Shown here in pieces: positions 43,199 to 53,041 of a stretch of DNA of 64,000 bases. Under the pieces are notes generated by a model. The model was not told where the DNA came from. It saw nothing but the letters and a program-made list of their open reading frames with translations, and did not search any database. The stretch comes from Desulfatiglandales bacterium (lineage in GTDB: Bacteria; Desulfobacterota; DSM-4660; Desulfatiglandales; Desulfatiglandaceae), in the NCBI GenBank assembly GCA_963666345.1, contig OY762721.1, positions 576,001 through 640,000 on the forward strand, given 5' to 3'. The position numbers were made by a program, and so were the translations under genes. How positions within the stretch are numbered: the stretch's first letter is position 1; every line of letters starts with the position of its first letter.

Positions 43199-44137
43199 AT
43201 GAAAAAGACCGCCCCCGTGACGAAAATTCCAATAGACTTTGACCTCCGTCAACTGGAGATCTTTTGCAAGGTTGTCGAGATTGGCAGTTTTTCAAAGGCC
43301 GCCAAAGAGGTCTTTCTTGCCCAGGCATCTGTAAGCGAAAGGATATCCACGCTTGAAAACATGGTGGGAACCAGGTTGATTGACCGTCTGGGAAGAGAAA
43401 TCGCACCCACAAAGGCGGGCGAAATACTTTACAAGCATGCGATTCTTCTTCTGGATATGAAAAAGAATGCCTGTATTGAGATGCAACAGTTCCTGGGTGC
43501 GACACAAGGGGAAATACGTGTTGGCGCCAGCACCATTCCGGGCGAATATATCCTCCCCAGGGTCATGGGGAGTTTTCAGGAAAAATATCCTCTGGTCTCC
43601 GTCAACCTTACAATTTCAGATTCAAGTGAGATAGAAAACTCCGTTTTGAAAGGAAACTTTGAAATAGGAGTAATAGGCTTCAAAAGCCTCGACAGGAATC
43701 TTATCTGCAGATCATTGTGGCAGGACGAACTGGTAGTGGCTGTCCCACCCTATCACAGATGGTCGGGCAGAAAGGAGATATCCCCTGATGAGCTTTCAGG
43801 CGAGCCCTTTATATTGAGAGAACCCGGTTCAGGGACTCTAAGGGCGATAGACAACCACCTGAAGACCTCCACAAAGGGTATTGAGTCCCTCAGTCCCGTC
43901 ACCTGCCTCGGGACATCCACCGCAGTCAAGGAAGGTATCAAGGCAGGCCTCGGTATATCTATAATTTCGTCAAGGGCAATCGAAACGGAAATCAAGGCCG
44001 GAATTCTCAAGGAGCTTAGAGTAAAAGATTTACAGATGCGCCGCAATTTTTACCTTATAAGGGATATTCGCAGGATATCATCGCCTCTTTGTTCGGCAAT
44101 GATCGAATTTCTCATAAACACTTCATCAGATATTTGA
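43199..44137 (+). CDS. LysR-family regulator (selenium-metabolism-associated type)
   Basis: GSFSKAA..VFLAQASVS, GASTIPGEYILP, REPGSGT; directly upstream of selD-yedF. Confidence 0.9.
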   Translation: MKKTAPVTKIPIDFDLRQLEIFCKVVEIGSFSKAAKEVFLAQASVSERISTLENMVGTRLIDRLGREIAPTKAGEILYKHAILLLDMKKNACIEMQQFLGATQGEIRVGASTIPGEYILPRVMGSFQEKYPLVSVNLTISDSSEIENSVLKGNFEIGVIGFKSLDRNLICRSLWQDELVVAVPPYHRWSGRKEISPDELSGEPFILREPGSGTLRAIDNHLKTSTKGIESLSPVTCLGTSTAVKEGIKAGLGISIISSRAIETEIKAGILKELRVKDLQMRRNFYLIRDIRRISSPLCSAMIEFLINTSSDI

Positions 44138-44250
44138 CAGAGCCTGGGGTCAGGCCAACAGCATCGCCGCTTAGGTTTCCTATATATGAGTATATGCCTC
44201 CTAATCGGATATTTCTATAGATTTACATTTCATAAATCGGTATTTCCAAT

Positions 44251-44279
44251 TTGACAAATAGGGCCAGTCCCCTTATCTT
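44251..44279 (+). promoter_or_regulatory. Sigma-70 promoter of selD
   Basis: TTGACA-N17-TATCTT. Confidence 0.65.
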
Positions 44280-44320
44280 GCCTCAGTACGGCAACTTATC
44301 AAATACGGGTGGAATAACAC

Positions 44321-45370
44321 GTGGAAGAGATAAAAAGACCAAGACTTACCGAATCGGTTGCAGGCTCAGGGTGAGCCTCCAAATTACCTCCGGGGGACCT
44401 GGATAAGGCATTGTGCGGCATTGAATTTCCCGTGGATTCGAATCTGCTGGTGGGACTTGACAGGGCGGATGACGCTGGAGTTTATAAGGTTACCGATGAT
44501 ATTGCAATAATTCAGACGGTTGACTTCTTCACCCCTATCGTGGATGACCCTTATCGGTTCGGACAGATCGCCGCAGCCAACGCCCTGAGCGATGTATATG
44601 CCATGGGCGGTATCCCGAAAACGGCCATGAACCTAGTGGCCTTTCCTCTTAAGGATATGGACATATCGGTCCTGCGCGAAATTATCCAGGGGGGACTGGA
44701 TAAACTGAAAGAGGCTGATGTAGTTCTTCTCGGCGGACACAGCGTTGAGGACAAGGAGCTGAAATATGGATTATCTGTTACCGGATTTATTCACCCTGAT
44801 AAAATACTTACAAAAAAGGGTTTCACGCCTGGAAATCTTCTGATTCTCACAAAACCGTTAGGAACAGGAGTAATCAACACGGCGATAAAGGGGGGGATCG
44901 CCTCGCAAGAGGTAATCGAGAGGGTAACAGGGCTCATGACCTCGCTCAATCGTGATGCCGCGGAAATAATGAAGCGCTACAGGGTGAACGCGTGCACCGA
45001 CATCACCGGATTCGGCCTCATAGGCCACCTTGCCGAGATGGTGACCGACTCAGGAGCGGGAATGAGGCTTGAGATTTCAAAAATTCCTCTGATAAAAGGG
45101 GCGCTTGATTACGCTTCAATGGGACTTTTTCCTGCCGGGGCCTACAAAAACAGAGAGTTCCGTGGGCCGTTCGCAAGGTTTGAATCTTCTGTGAGTCCTG
45201 TTTTACAGGACTTGCTCTTTGATCCTCAGACTTCAGGGGGTCTTCTTGTCTGTATAGAAGAAGAGGATGCCGAAAAAATGATCTTTGATCTTGAAAAAAC
45301 AGGGAACAGGGACGCTGCGATAATAGGAGAAGTGGTAAGATCAGGTGAAGAAAAGATATTTATCGAATGA
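44321..45370 (+). CDS. selD: Selenide, water dikinase (selenoprotein; UGA at 44372-44374 read as Sec)
   Basis: GTG start gives RLTESVAGSG-U-ASK in frame with DDAGVY, DFFTP, NALSDVYAMGG, GGHS, TDITGFG, DPQTSGGLL. Confidence 0.93.
44375..44409 (+). promoter_or_regulatory. Putative bacterial SECIS element
   Basis: Immediately 3' of the UGA: GCC/GGC and TCCA/TGGA arms with a G-rich apical region. Confidence 0.5.
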
Positions 45371-45522
45371 TTGTCTTACCCCTTAAGTATTCTCGGACCC
45401 GGTACCGCGGACTTTTCCTTTGCATCCCTCACACAGCCGCTCAACAATGAGGCTTTAGCATAATAGTCCCGCCCAAGGCGGGACATAGGGATGAAACCGT
45501 CAAAGCTGGAAAGGAAATATCA

Positions 45523-46122
45523 ATGCCGAATGAAATAGACTGCAGGGGGCTTGCCTGCCCTGCCCCGGTACTTAACACAAAAAGGCTCATTGAAAACCAG
45601 AATCCTGATGTGGTCAAAGTGACCGTGGACAACGAGGCTGGACGGCAGAACGTCACACGATTTCTGGAAACTCAAAATTTCAAGGTATCAGTAGAAATGG
45701 AGGGGGAACTCTTTCATATAACGGGAAGCAAAGACAAGGGATCCGACATTGACAAAGTTGAAGCGTCTCCTGATGAAGCGGAAAAGAAAAAAATCATGGT
45801 CATGGTGACAAACAATCTCATGGGCCATGGAGATAATGAGCTTGGATCAAAACTCATAAAGAGTTTTCTCAACACCCTGAATGAGATGGGTGAAGAACTA
45901 TGGCGTCTCGTATTCGTAAATAACGGAGTAAAGCTTACCATCGAGGAATCGGAGGTCCTTCCGACCTTAAACCAACTCGAGGAAAACGGCATATATATAA
46001 TGGTCTGCGGCACATGTCTGACACACTTTGACCTGCTCGACAGAAAAAAGGCGGGCGAAACCACCAACATGCTTGATATTGTAACCGCCATGCAGCTTGC
46101 AGACAAAGTTATCACCTTGTAG
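45523..46122 (+). CDS. yedF: Selenium metabolism protein YedF (TusA/SirA + DsrE-like domains)
   Basis: IDCRGLACPAPV; FVNNGVKL, VCGTCL, TNMLDI. Confidence 0.88.
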   Translation: MPNEIDCRGLACPAPVLNTKRLIENQNPDVVKVTVDNEAGRQNVTRFLETQNFKVSVEMEGELFHITGSKDKGSDIDKVEASPDEAEKKKIMVMVTNNLMGHGDNELGSKLIKSFLNTLNEMGEELWRLVFVNNGVKLTIEESEVLPTLNQLEENGIYIMVCGTCLTHFDLLDRKKAGETTNMLDIVTAMQLADKVITL

Positions 46123-46151
46123 CTGGTACCAGGTTGCGGAAATCCGAGTCA

Positions 46152-46400
46152 TGTCATTTCGACCGCAGAAAGAAATCGTCTTTAGTGTTATCGAAGGCCT
46201 GCACGCCAGCAACCTCGTCCCTTCAAAATAATACTTACACACACAATCAATTATCAGTTAGCATCCAGGGCCTTTTGCCGATATCTGTTTCAATCCAAGC
46301 AATTGCTTGTTTTTCTTTGCTTCGCCAAATCCCACTCGACAGGCTCGAGGCTGCAAATCCAACCACTTTTCGCCTGCGGCGGCCTGGAGGGGGGGTGAAA
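46152..46400. repeat. Cluster of degenerate REP-like palindromes
   Basis: TGTCATTTCGACCGCAGAAAGAAATC; hairpin CTCGA-CAGGC-TCGAG at 46335-46349; the GACAGGCTCG core also occurs at ~25920 and ACAGGCTCG at ~15212. Confidence 0.4.
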
Positions 46401-46451
46401 CCGTGTAATGCAGTAACATAATCCCGGCGATCCTCCCCGCCGTAGCCTCTT

Positions 46452-47567
46452 TTAAACGGCCTGTCTGATCAGGCTCAATTCTTTCATGACGAGGTCGTGA
46501 AACAACGGCCTGAAAGACCTGATCTTTTCGTTGTCACGGCTCGGGTGTATCCGGTTTGTAAGAAGTATGACGATCACATCCTTTTCAAGGTCCATCCAGA
46601 GGGAGGTACCTGTAAATCCAAGATGCCCGAAACTTTTGGAGGAGAAATGACTCCCGGCGCTCGAATTTTCAGGAGACGGCGTATCCCATCCAAGTGCCCA
46701 TGTGCTTTCAGGTACGACCTTCTGTTTTATTAAGAATTCATTTAATGTCTCAATACTGAGGAAGTCGTCCCTTGATCCCGTGAGATGGGCTCTTATCATA
46801 TCTACCAGAGCATACACATCCCCTGCCGTTGCAAAGAGTCCTGAGTGCCCGGAATAACCTCCCATGGCATAGGCATTTTCATCATGAACCTCACCCTGAA
46901 TAACCCTTCTTCTCCAAGGGCAATCCTCTGTGGCCGCGAACAGAACCTTTTTCGGAGAATCGGTCCTGGAATTGATTCCCAGGAAGGTCCTCTTAAGCCC
47001 CATGGGCCGGTAAAAATACCGGTCCAGATATTTGTTTAAAGATTCGCCGGTCGTATGTTCAATCAACCATTCCAGAAGCATGAAACCGAGATCACTGTAC
47101 AGGCTCTTTGTTCCAGGCCTATAGGCCAGAGGCCGTCTGAGCAAAAGCCCTCTTAGCAGGGTCTTTCTTTTTTCAGGGGGCTCTTCGCAGATAAGCCTGT
47201 AAAAGGGCTGCCATGCCTCAAACCCGGCCGAATGGCAAAGAATGAGGCGCGGTGTAATTTTCCGCTTATCCTCGGGAATAGGCCCCGTTATAATCTCATT
47301 CAGTGGGCGGTCCAATGCCAGCGCACCCGAATCGATGAGTTTCATAAGGGCAAGCGTAGTTGACAGAGGCTTGGTAAGAGACGCCAGATCAAAAACAGTA
47401 TCCACTTTCATGGGCAGTTTGCTTGGGATCAAAGCCCTGTGCCCGACAGCCTTCAGATAGATTTTACGCCCTCCCTCCGCTACCAGACAGACTGCGCCCG
47501 GATAGACCTTCTCAGACACCCCTTGTTCCAGGACAGCGTCAATCGCCTCTCCTATCTTTTTTCCCAT
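46452..47567 (-). CDS. Serine hydrolase, beta-lactamase/AmpC-like family
   Basis: FDLASLTK (SxxK), YSDLGF, GHLGFTGT, LTNRIHP. Confidence 0.9.
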   Translation of the reverse strand: MGKKIGEAIDAVLEQGVSEKVYPGAVCLVAEGGRKIYLKAVGHRALIPSKLPMKVDTVFDLASLTKPLSTTLALMKLIDSGALALDRPLNEIITGPIPEDKRKITPRLILCHSAGFEAWQPFYRLICEEPPEKRKTLLRGLLLRRPLAYRPGTKSLYSDLGFMLLEWLIEHTTGESLNKYLDRYFYRPMGLKRTFLGINSRTDSPKKVLFAATEDCPWRRRVIQGEVHDENAYAMGGYSGHSGLFATAGDVYALVDMIRAHLTGSRDDFLSIETLNEFLIKQKVVPESTWALGWDTPSPENSSAGSHFSSKSFGHLGFTGTSLWMDLEKDVIVILLTNRIHPSRDNEKIRSFRPLFHDLVMKELSLIRQAV

Positions 47568-47782
47568 CTGAATTCCCTTGTCAGGGTAGTTTTTTTGCTC
47601 CCATTGAGTCATCTCTTTCCTCTACATCCCTTTATATATGACAAAAAGCCTTGGAATAGGTTGCCGGATGTGTTAATAGGCATTTTCTGCTCTAATCCAG
47701 CGATCAACACTTCGAGCGGATCTTTTTTAAAAAATCCACAAAAAGGAATAATTCCAGGCGCATTATAACCTGAATACAAGCA

Positions 47783-48943
47783 ATGGACAACAGCGATACG
47801 CATCATCTTCTGACAGAAGGTAAAGAGATAATACTTATAGGCACCGCTCACGTATCAAGGAAAAGCTCCGAACAGGTAAGAACCTCCATAGAAAAAGAGA
47901 AACCGGATACCGTGTGTATAGAACTTTGCCGGTCAAGGTATCAATCGATCATCCAGAAAACCAAATGGCAGGATACTAATCTGATAAAGGTTATAAAGGA
48001 AAAGAAGGCCTTTCTCCTTCTGTCCAATCTCATGCTCGCATCCTTTCAGAAAAGGATCGGTAAAAAGCTTGGCATTAAGCCGGGAGAGGAGATACTGACC
48101 GCCATAGATGCGGCAAAATCCGTTGGATCGGCCATACATCTTGCTGACAGGGATATTCGAACCACCCTTTCAAGGATATGGGGTGAAACAAGGCTGTGGA
48201 ATAAAATCAAATTACTGGCGAGCCTGCTTACTTCGATGGGGGAACTGGATGAAATAAGTGAAGAAGATATCGAGAAGATGAAGGAAAAAGATGTCCTTGA
48301 GGCCCTTCTCTCTGAAATGGGGGAATCACTTCCGGAGGTAAGACGTATTCTCATTGATGAAAGAGATCAATATCTGGCCGAAAGGATAAGAAAGGCGCCC
48401 GGTGAAAAAATTATCGCAGTTGTCGGTGCAGGCCATGTCCCGGGCATATTAAGATACTGGGATAAGCCTGTTGATATTGATGCCCTTGAGACTATCCCCC
48501 CCAAAAAAAAGTTCCTCAGGTTATTCAAGTGGGGCATTCCGGCTGCCATACTTCTTCTCATCGCGGCAGGTTTTTTCTGGGCCGGCTCTTCAGGAGGCAC
48601 CCACATGATCAAATGGTGGGTCTTAACCAATTCGGTTTTTTCCGGACTGGGGGCGGCCTTGGCCTTTGCTCATCCCCTCACAGTGATATCGGCCATATTT
48701 GCCGCCCCTCTCACGTCACTTAATCCGATGATAGCCGCAGGTTGGGTGGCAGGCCTTGTGGAGGTAATGATGGGGAAACCTAAGGTAAGAGATTTTGAAA
48801 AGCTTCCCGAGGATATTTCCTCTTTTAAGGGTTTCTGGAAGAACAAGATAACCCGCATACTCCTGGTGGTTGTTTTCACCAATATCGGAAGTTCGGTCGG
48901 GACCTTCGTGGCGATCCCAATAATGGCGAAGGCCTTTGCCTAA
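47783..48943 (+). CDS. TraB/GumN (pheromone shutdown-like) family protein
   Basis: LIGTAHVS, CIELC, LIDERDQY, VVGAGH, C-terminal transmembrane segments. Confidence 0.9.
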   Translation: MDNSDTHHLLTEGKEIILIGTAHVSRKSSEQVRTSIEKEKPDTVCIELCRSRYQSIIQKTKWQDTNLIKVIKEKKAFLLLSNLMLASFQKRIGKKLGIKPGEEILTAIDAAKSVGSAIHLADRDIRTTLSRIWGETRLWNKIKLLASLLTSMGELDEISEEDIEKMKEKDVLEALLSEMGESLPEVRRILIDERDQYLAERIRKAPGEKIIAVVGAGHVPGILRYWDKPVDIDALETIPPKKKFLRLFKWGIPAAILLLIAAGFFWAGSSGGTHMIKWWVLTNSVFSGLGAALAFAHPLTVISAIFAAPLTSLNPMIAAGWVAGLVEVMMGKPKVRDFEKLPEDISSFKGFWKNKITRILLVVVFTNIGSSVGTFVAIPIMAKAFA

Positions 48944-48949
48944 AACAAC

Positions 48950-49444
48950 CTATTCCACCTCCAGGTCCCGGACATCAAGCATATCGGTAAGCATGTTCAA
49001 ACTTGCAACGATATCCTCTCTATCACTCTCGGAAAGTCTTTTAAGGCCATCAATGATCTTCTGCTGAATTGGAGGCGGAGCGTTTTCTGAAAGTTTTCTC
49101 CCTCTCTCGGTCAGTTCTATAGTTATAACCCTTCTGTCAGGAGAATTTCTTATGCGTCTCACAAAGGCCTTATGCTCAAGCCTGTCCACAATGCCTGTTA
49201 CCGTGCTTGACTTTACCAGGATATACTTTGCTATCTGAGAGGGAGGAAGAGGTCCATTTTCATATAGGGTCAGCAGACAATTAAGCTGGGGTGCGCTCAC
49301 CTGATACTTTTTTGTCAGCTCCTTTGTGTAGAGTTCTCCTGCCTGCATTAGTTTGCGTATGGAGAAGATGACTTCTCTGGTCTGGTCCTGATATATTTTC
49401 TTGTTCGAGCTATCGGACGGGATCATATGATGCGGCTGTCTCAA
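48950..49444 (-). CDS. MarR-family transcriptional regulator
   Basis: STVTGIVDRLE, DRRVITIELTERG. Confidence 0.9.
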   Translation of the reverse strand: MRQPHHMIPSDSSNKKIYQDQTREVIFSIRKLMQAGELYTKELTKKYQVSAPQLNCLLTLYENGPLPPSQIAKYILVKSSTVTGIVDRLEHKAFVRRIRNSPDRRVITIELTERGRKLSENAPPPIQQKIIDGLKRLSESDREDIVASLNMLTDMLDVRDLEVE

Positions 49445-49598
49445 GATATTCCACCTTCTTTATTCAATTTTTTGTCAATTTGTAACATTAAAGCCCCCGC
49501 GGAGCAACAAAATACTGTCAGGGGCCCTGTTTATTCTTTGTTTTTACAAAAAAATCGTTGATCGTCATATTTGGTGTGGCCCCGGGTTCTCAAATCTG

Positions 49599-49766
49599 CT
49601 ATCTAGTGTTCATCCGTAAATCAAGATTTAAGGACTCACGCTATCAGCAACCAGCTCTCAGCAGTCAGTAAAACATCAGGGATATCAATTTATTGGTTCT
49701 CTGCTGATAGCTGACGGCTGAAAGCAACATCCGGAAATGATCCATTTCCGGATGGGAACTATCTAG
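49599..49766. mobile_element. MITE-like non-autonomous element
   Basis: Imperfect 18-bp terminal inverted repeats (49604-49621 / 49744-49761, 14/18), CTATCTAG at both ends, internal inverted heptamer arrays. Confidence 0.65.
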
Positions 49767-49773
49767 GTCTGTC

Positions 49774-50412
49774 ATGAAATCATTAATAGAAGAAGTAAAA
49801 CTTCATTGTTATGAAACGCTTTCCGATTCCAATGGAAGCCATAACTGGGATCATACCTTAAGGGTATACAACCTATGCGCCCATATCGGCAAGGTGGAGA
49901 AAGCTGACATGGATGTATTGGCGATCTCCGCATATATGCACGACATAGGCCGATCTTATCAGGACGAATCAAAGGGGATCATCTGTCATGCGAAAAAGGG
50001 AGCGGAAATGGCTGAAGCATTTCTTGAAAAAAAGGCTCTTTCCGAGGGAAAAAGGAGAAACATAATCCACTGCATACTTGCCCACAGGTTCAGGGGCGAC
50101 ATGAGGCCCTCGACCCTGGAGGCAAAGGTCCTATTTGATGCGGACAAACTTGATTCGATAGGGGCAATAGGCATAGCAAGGGCCTTTCAGTTCGCAGGCG
50201 AAGTAGGGGCAAAGCTGCACACCGGTATGACACCTGAAAACACAAGACCCTATACAGAGGAAGACACGGGTTATCGAGAATTCAAGGTCAAGCTTTGCAA
50301 AATAAAGGACAGGATGCTGACTAAAGAGGGAAAACGTCTTGCAAAGGAGCGTCATGCCTTCATGGAAAACTATTTTAACCGGTTCATTGAGGAACATGCC
50401 GGCCTGAAATAG
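49774..50412 (+). CDS. HD-domain metal-dependent phosphohydrolase
   Basis: HNWDHTLRV, MHDIG, HRF, DADKLDSIGAIG. Confidence 0.9.
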   Translation: MKSLIEEVKLHCYETLSDSNGSHNWDHTLRVYNLCAHIGKVEKADMDVLAISAYMHDIGRSYQDESKGIICHAKKGAEMAEAFLEKKALSEGKRRNIIHCILAHRFRGDMRPSTLEAKVLFDADKLDSIGAIGIARAFQFAGEVGAKLHTGMTPENTRPYTEEDTGYREFKVKLCKIKDRMLTKEGKRLAKERHAFMENYFNRFIEEHAGLK

Positions 50413-50452
50413 TGACTAAACGCAAAACCCTTATGATCAGGTACCAGTCCTA

Positions 50453-51064
50453 TTATTGATCAAGGAAATCTATAATCGACCTCTCCAATTGATCTGTTTT
50501 TCCTAAAAAAAAGTGGTCCGCCCCCTGAATCACATCGAATCTGGCACAAGGATTCCAGACAGGGATCAACTCCTTTATCATATGAGGGGGCGCTATTTCA
50601 TCATCCTGCCCTGAGACTATCATCTCTATCCTTTGATTATATCGAAGGGATGAAAAATCCATGAAATTCACCGGCGGGGATACCATGACCAGCCTTCTCG
50701 CAGCAGAGAAACGATCTATACCCATAGAATTTATCCAGACACCGAAGGAGTAACCTGCAAGGTCCAACTCCGTTATCCCGATTGAACCCATAAATGATAT
50801 AACCGCCGCCACATCGTCCTGTTCCCCTAAACCCTCCCCATAGGTCCCGCCGCTCCGGCCGACGCCTCTAAAATTAAACCTCAGAGTCGTATAGCCCTTT
50901 TCTCTATAGGCACCGGCTATCACATCAACCACGTTATTGTTCATATCGCCTCCGTAAAGAGGGTGGGGGTGGGTCACAACGACGCCCTTGGCACCAGGCA
51001 TCTCTGCTAATAGGCCTTCCAGTTCGCAGCCCCTTGACCTTATGGAGATCCTTTCCTCAGTCAT
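50453..51064 (-). CDS. Alpha/beta hydrolase
   Basis: HPHPLYGGDM, RFNFRGVG, GYSFG, ADHFF. Confidence 0.9.
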   Translation of the reverse strand: MTEERISIRSRGCELEGLLAEMPGAKGVVVTHPHPLYGGDMNNNVVDVIAGAYREKGYTTLRFNFRGVGRSGGTYGEGLGEQDDVAAVISFMGSIGITELDLAGYSFGVWINSMGIDRFSAARRLVMVSPPVNFMDFSSLRYNQRIEMIVSGQDDEIAPPHMIKELIPVWNPCARFDVIQGADHFFLGKTDQLERSIIDFLDQ

Positions 51065-51630
51065 TTTGCTTATACCCTTTTAAGAGATGTCTGATAAGCC
51101 TATTTTATATCTTGAAATGTTTCTTATCAACAATGGATAGAGTTCCCTGATCTTGTAAAAGGTTGCCCATTTCCGGATCCAAAAATTACTTGCACTCAGA
51201 TTCTATTTGGTCCCTACCCGGAAATCAAATGATAGGAACCGATAAGTCCCCCCAAATGAAGATTTTGGCCAAGATCAAAGAAACCGGGAACCAGCTGCAC
51301 GGCAGTGGGGCTGAGCAAAGAGGGGAAATCAAGCAATTGGGCGGAAACTGAGATATGGTACATGGCACGAACAATTGTTAAGGTTGACACAGATATTGGG
51401 CAAGAGAACCATTTCTGTAAAAAACTATTTATGGGCTGGACCAAAAAAGGAGTAACCGCATGGGTCGAATCCTCGAATTATTATAATTTGAATCATGTTT
51501 GAAATAAACAATTTTTCGGGAGGTGCTCCATAATTTTATTAAATTCAATTATTTTTTTTTGACAAAAGGCAAATCTCTGCTATAAAGGGTTAAAAGATTT
51601 AATAGAAGTGAAAGGAGGCAAGAAAGCTAT

Positions 51631-52137
51631 ATGAATCCGACAGGCCCCCTCAAGAATAAGGTTGTCCTGGTTGTAGATGACGAGCCGGATATAATTGAAA
51701 CCATAGAAGAAGAACTTGATATGTGCCTTATTCACAAGGCCAATGATTATGATACGGCTCTTCAGTACCTTCTGAGCTATACCTACGATATAGTTATCCT
51801 CGACATTATGGGGGTAAACGGTTTCGAGCTTTTGAAAATTGCCGTTTCCAGAGGGTTTCCCACTGTCATGCTGACTGCGCATGCCCTTTCACCTGAATCT
51901 CTCAAGATATCGATTCGGCTGGGTGCGCTTTCATTTCTTCCGAAAGAGAAGATGCCTGAACTCAAATCCTTTCTTGAAGATATCGTGCTTGGGGGCGGAA
52001 GGCCTGTGTGGAAAAAGCTTTTTGATAAACTGGGTGGATATTTCGACAAACGATTCGGCCCTGACTGGAAAGAAAGAGATCGTTTTTTCCAGGAGTTCGA
52101 GGAAGAGCTGGAAAAAAGTATCGAAGGCAATTCCTGA
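51631..52137 (+). CDS. Receiver-domain response regulator without DNA-binding domain
   Basis: LVVDDE, LDIMG, MLTAH, LPK; upstream TTGACA-N16-TATAAA at ~51559. Confidence 0.88.
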   Translation: MNPTGPLKNKVVLVVDDEPDIIETIEEELDMCLIHKANDYDTALQYLLSYTYDIVILDIMGVNGFELLKIAVSRGFPTVMLTAHALSPESLKISIRLGALSFLPKEKMPELKSFLEDIVLGGGRPVWKKLFDKLGGYFDKRFGPDWKERDRFFQEFEEELEKSIEGNS

Positions 52138-52484
52138 TATCTTCTGATGTCATCCATTAAACCCCATTATTACGGTTACCATTGCTTCTGTTCCAGAGTC
52201 TGGTAACCGAATTTCTATCTTCCCGCCTCATCAGCTTGAATAACTCCGGGACTTGTTTCCCTCCCTTCAGCATTATATATAATAAAAAAATTTTTGTGTT
52301 TTCCCGCCCAATCACTTGACGGGGAAGGTTTAAGTAGCCGGGGAGTCCATTAAGCTCACCCTTTTTTTATTGACATCTGTCTTTTGAAGACGGTATTGAC
52401 TCAGACCGTGTTTTAAAAGGCTACCGGGGTCTTCGAGGTTCGGCTCCGGATCAATTACAAATTTAAACAAGGAGGAGCATCAAA

Positions 52485-52865
52485 TTGGCAAAATTAACTG
52501 AAGAGGCGATCAAGGCCTGGGATGACAGAGAAGGCCCGGTGATATTTACAACGGTAGACAAAGATGGTGTCCCGAACAGTATCTACGTAACATGCGTAAA
52601 AAAGATAGCAGACGACAAAATCGTGGTGGCTGACAATAAATTTCATAAGACAAGGGAAAATATAATATCAGGTACCAAGGCGAGTCTGCTGTATATCACA
52701 GCCAAGAAAAAGGCATATCAACTCAAAGGATCAATCGATTATCTGACTGAAGGCCAGGTATACGATGACATGAAGGAAGGATGGCTTGACAAGAAAATGC
52801 CGGGGAAAGGAGCGACTCTGGTACATATAGAGGAAATTTACAGCGGCGCTGAAAAACTGGCCTAA
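52485..52865 (+). CDS. Pyridoxamine 5'-phosphate oxidase-like FMN-binding protein
   Basis: TTVDKDGVPN, ADNKFHKTRENI, YQLKG, EEIYSG; AGGAGG RBS. Confidence 0.85.
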   Translation: MAKLTEEAIKAWDDREGPVIFTTVDKDGVPNSIYVTCVKKIADDKIVVADNKFHKTRENIISGTKASLLYITAKKKAYQLKGSIDYLTEGQVYDDMKEGWLDKKMPGKGATLVHIEEIYSGAEKLA

Positions 52866-53041
52866 AGTCCTCAACAAAAACAGTGGGGAACGGCATGAAG
52901 AACACAATGTGATATCATGGCCGCTCCCCATTTTCAGCTATCACATCTCTAAAAGCGCCTCACTGCATTTCAGGACCGGCACCATGCCGCAGACGTGGAA
53001 AGAATATTCACCGGTGTTGTGCGATAAAAACAAAAAAAGCC

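Noticed and set aside
49640..49725. Short tandem repeats considered as a CRISPR array
   Set aside because: 7-nt units without unique spacers; no cas genes in the window.
52290..52480. Possible riboswitch upstream of the FMN-binding protein
   Set aside because: No FMN, SAM, TPP or cobalamin aptamer consensus recognised; only weak hairpins and a TTGACA box.
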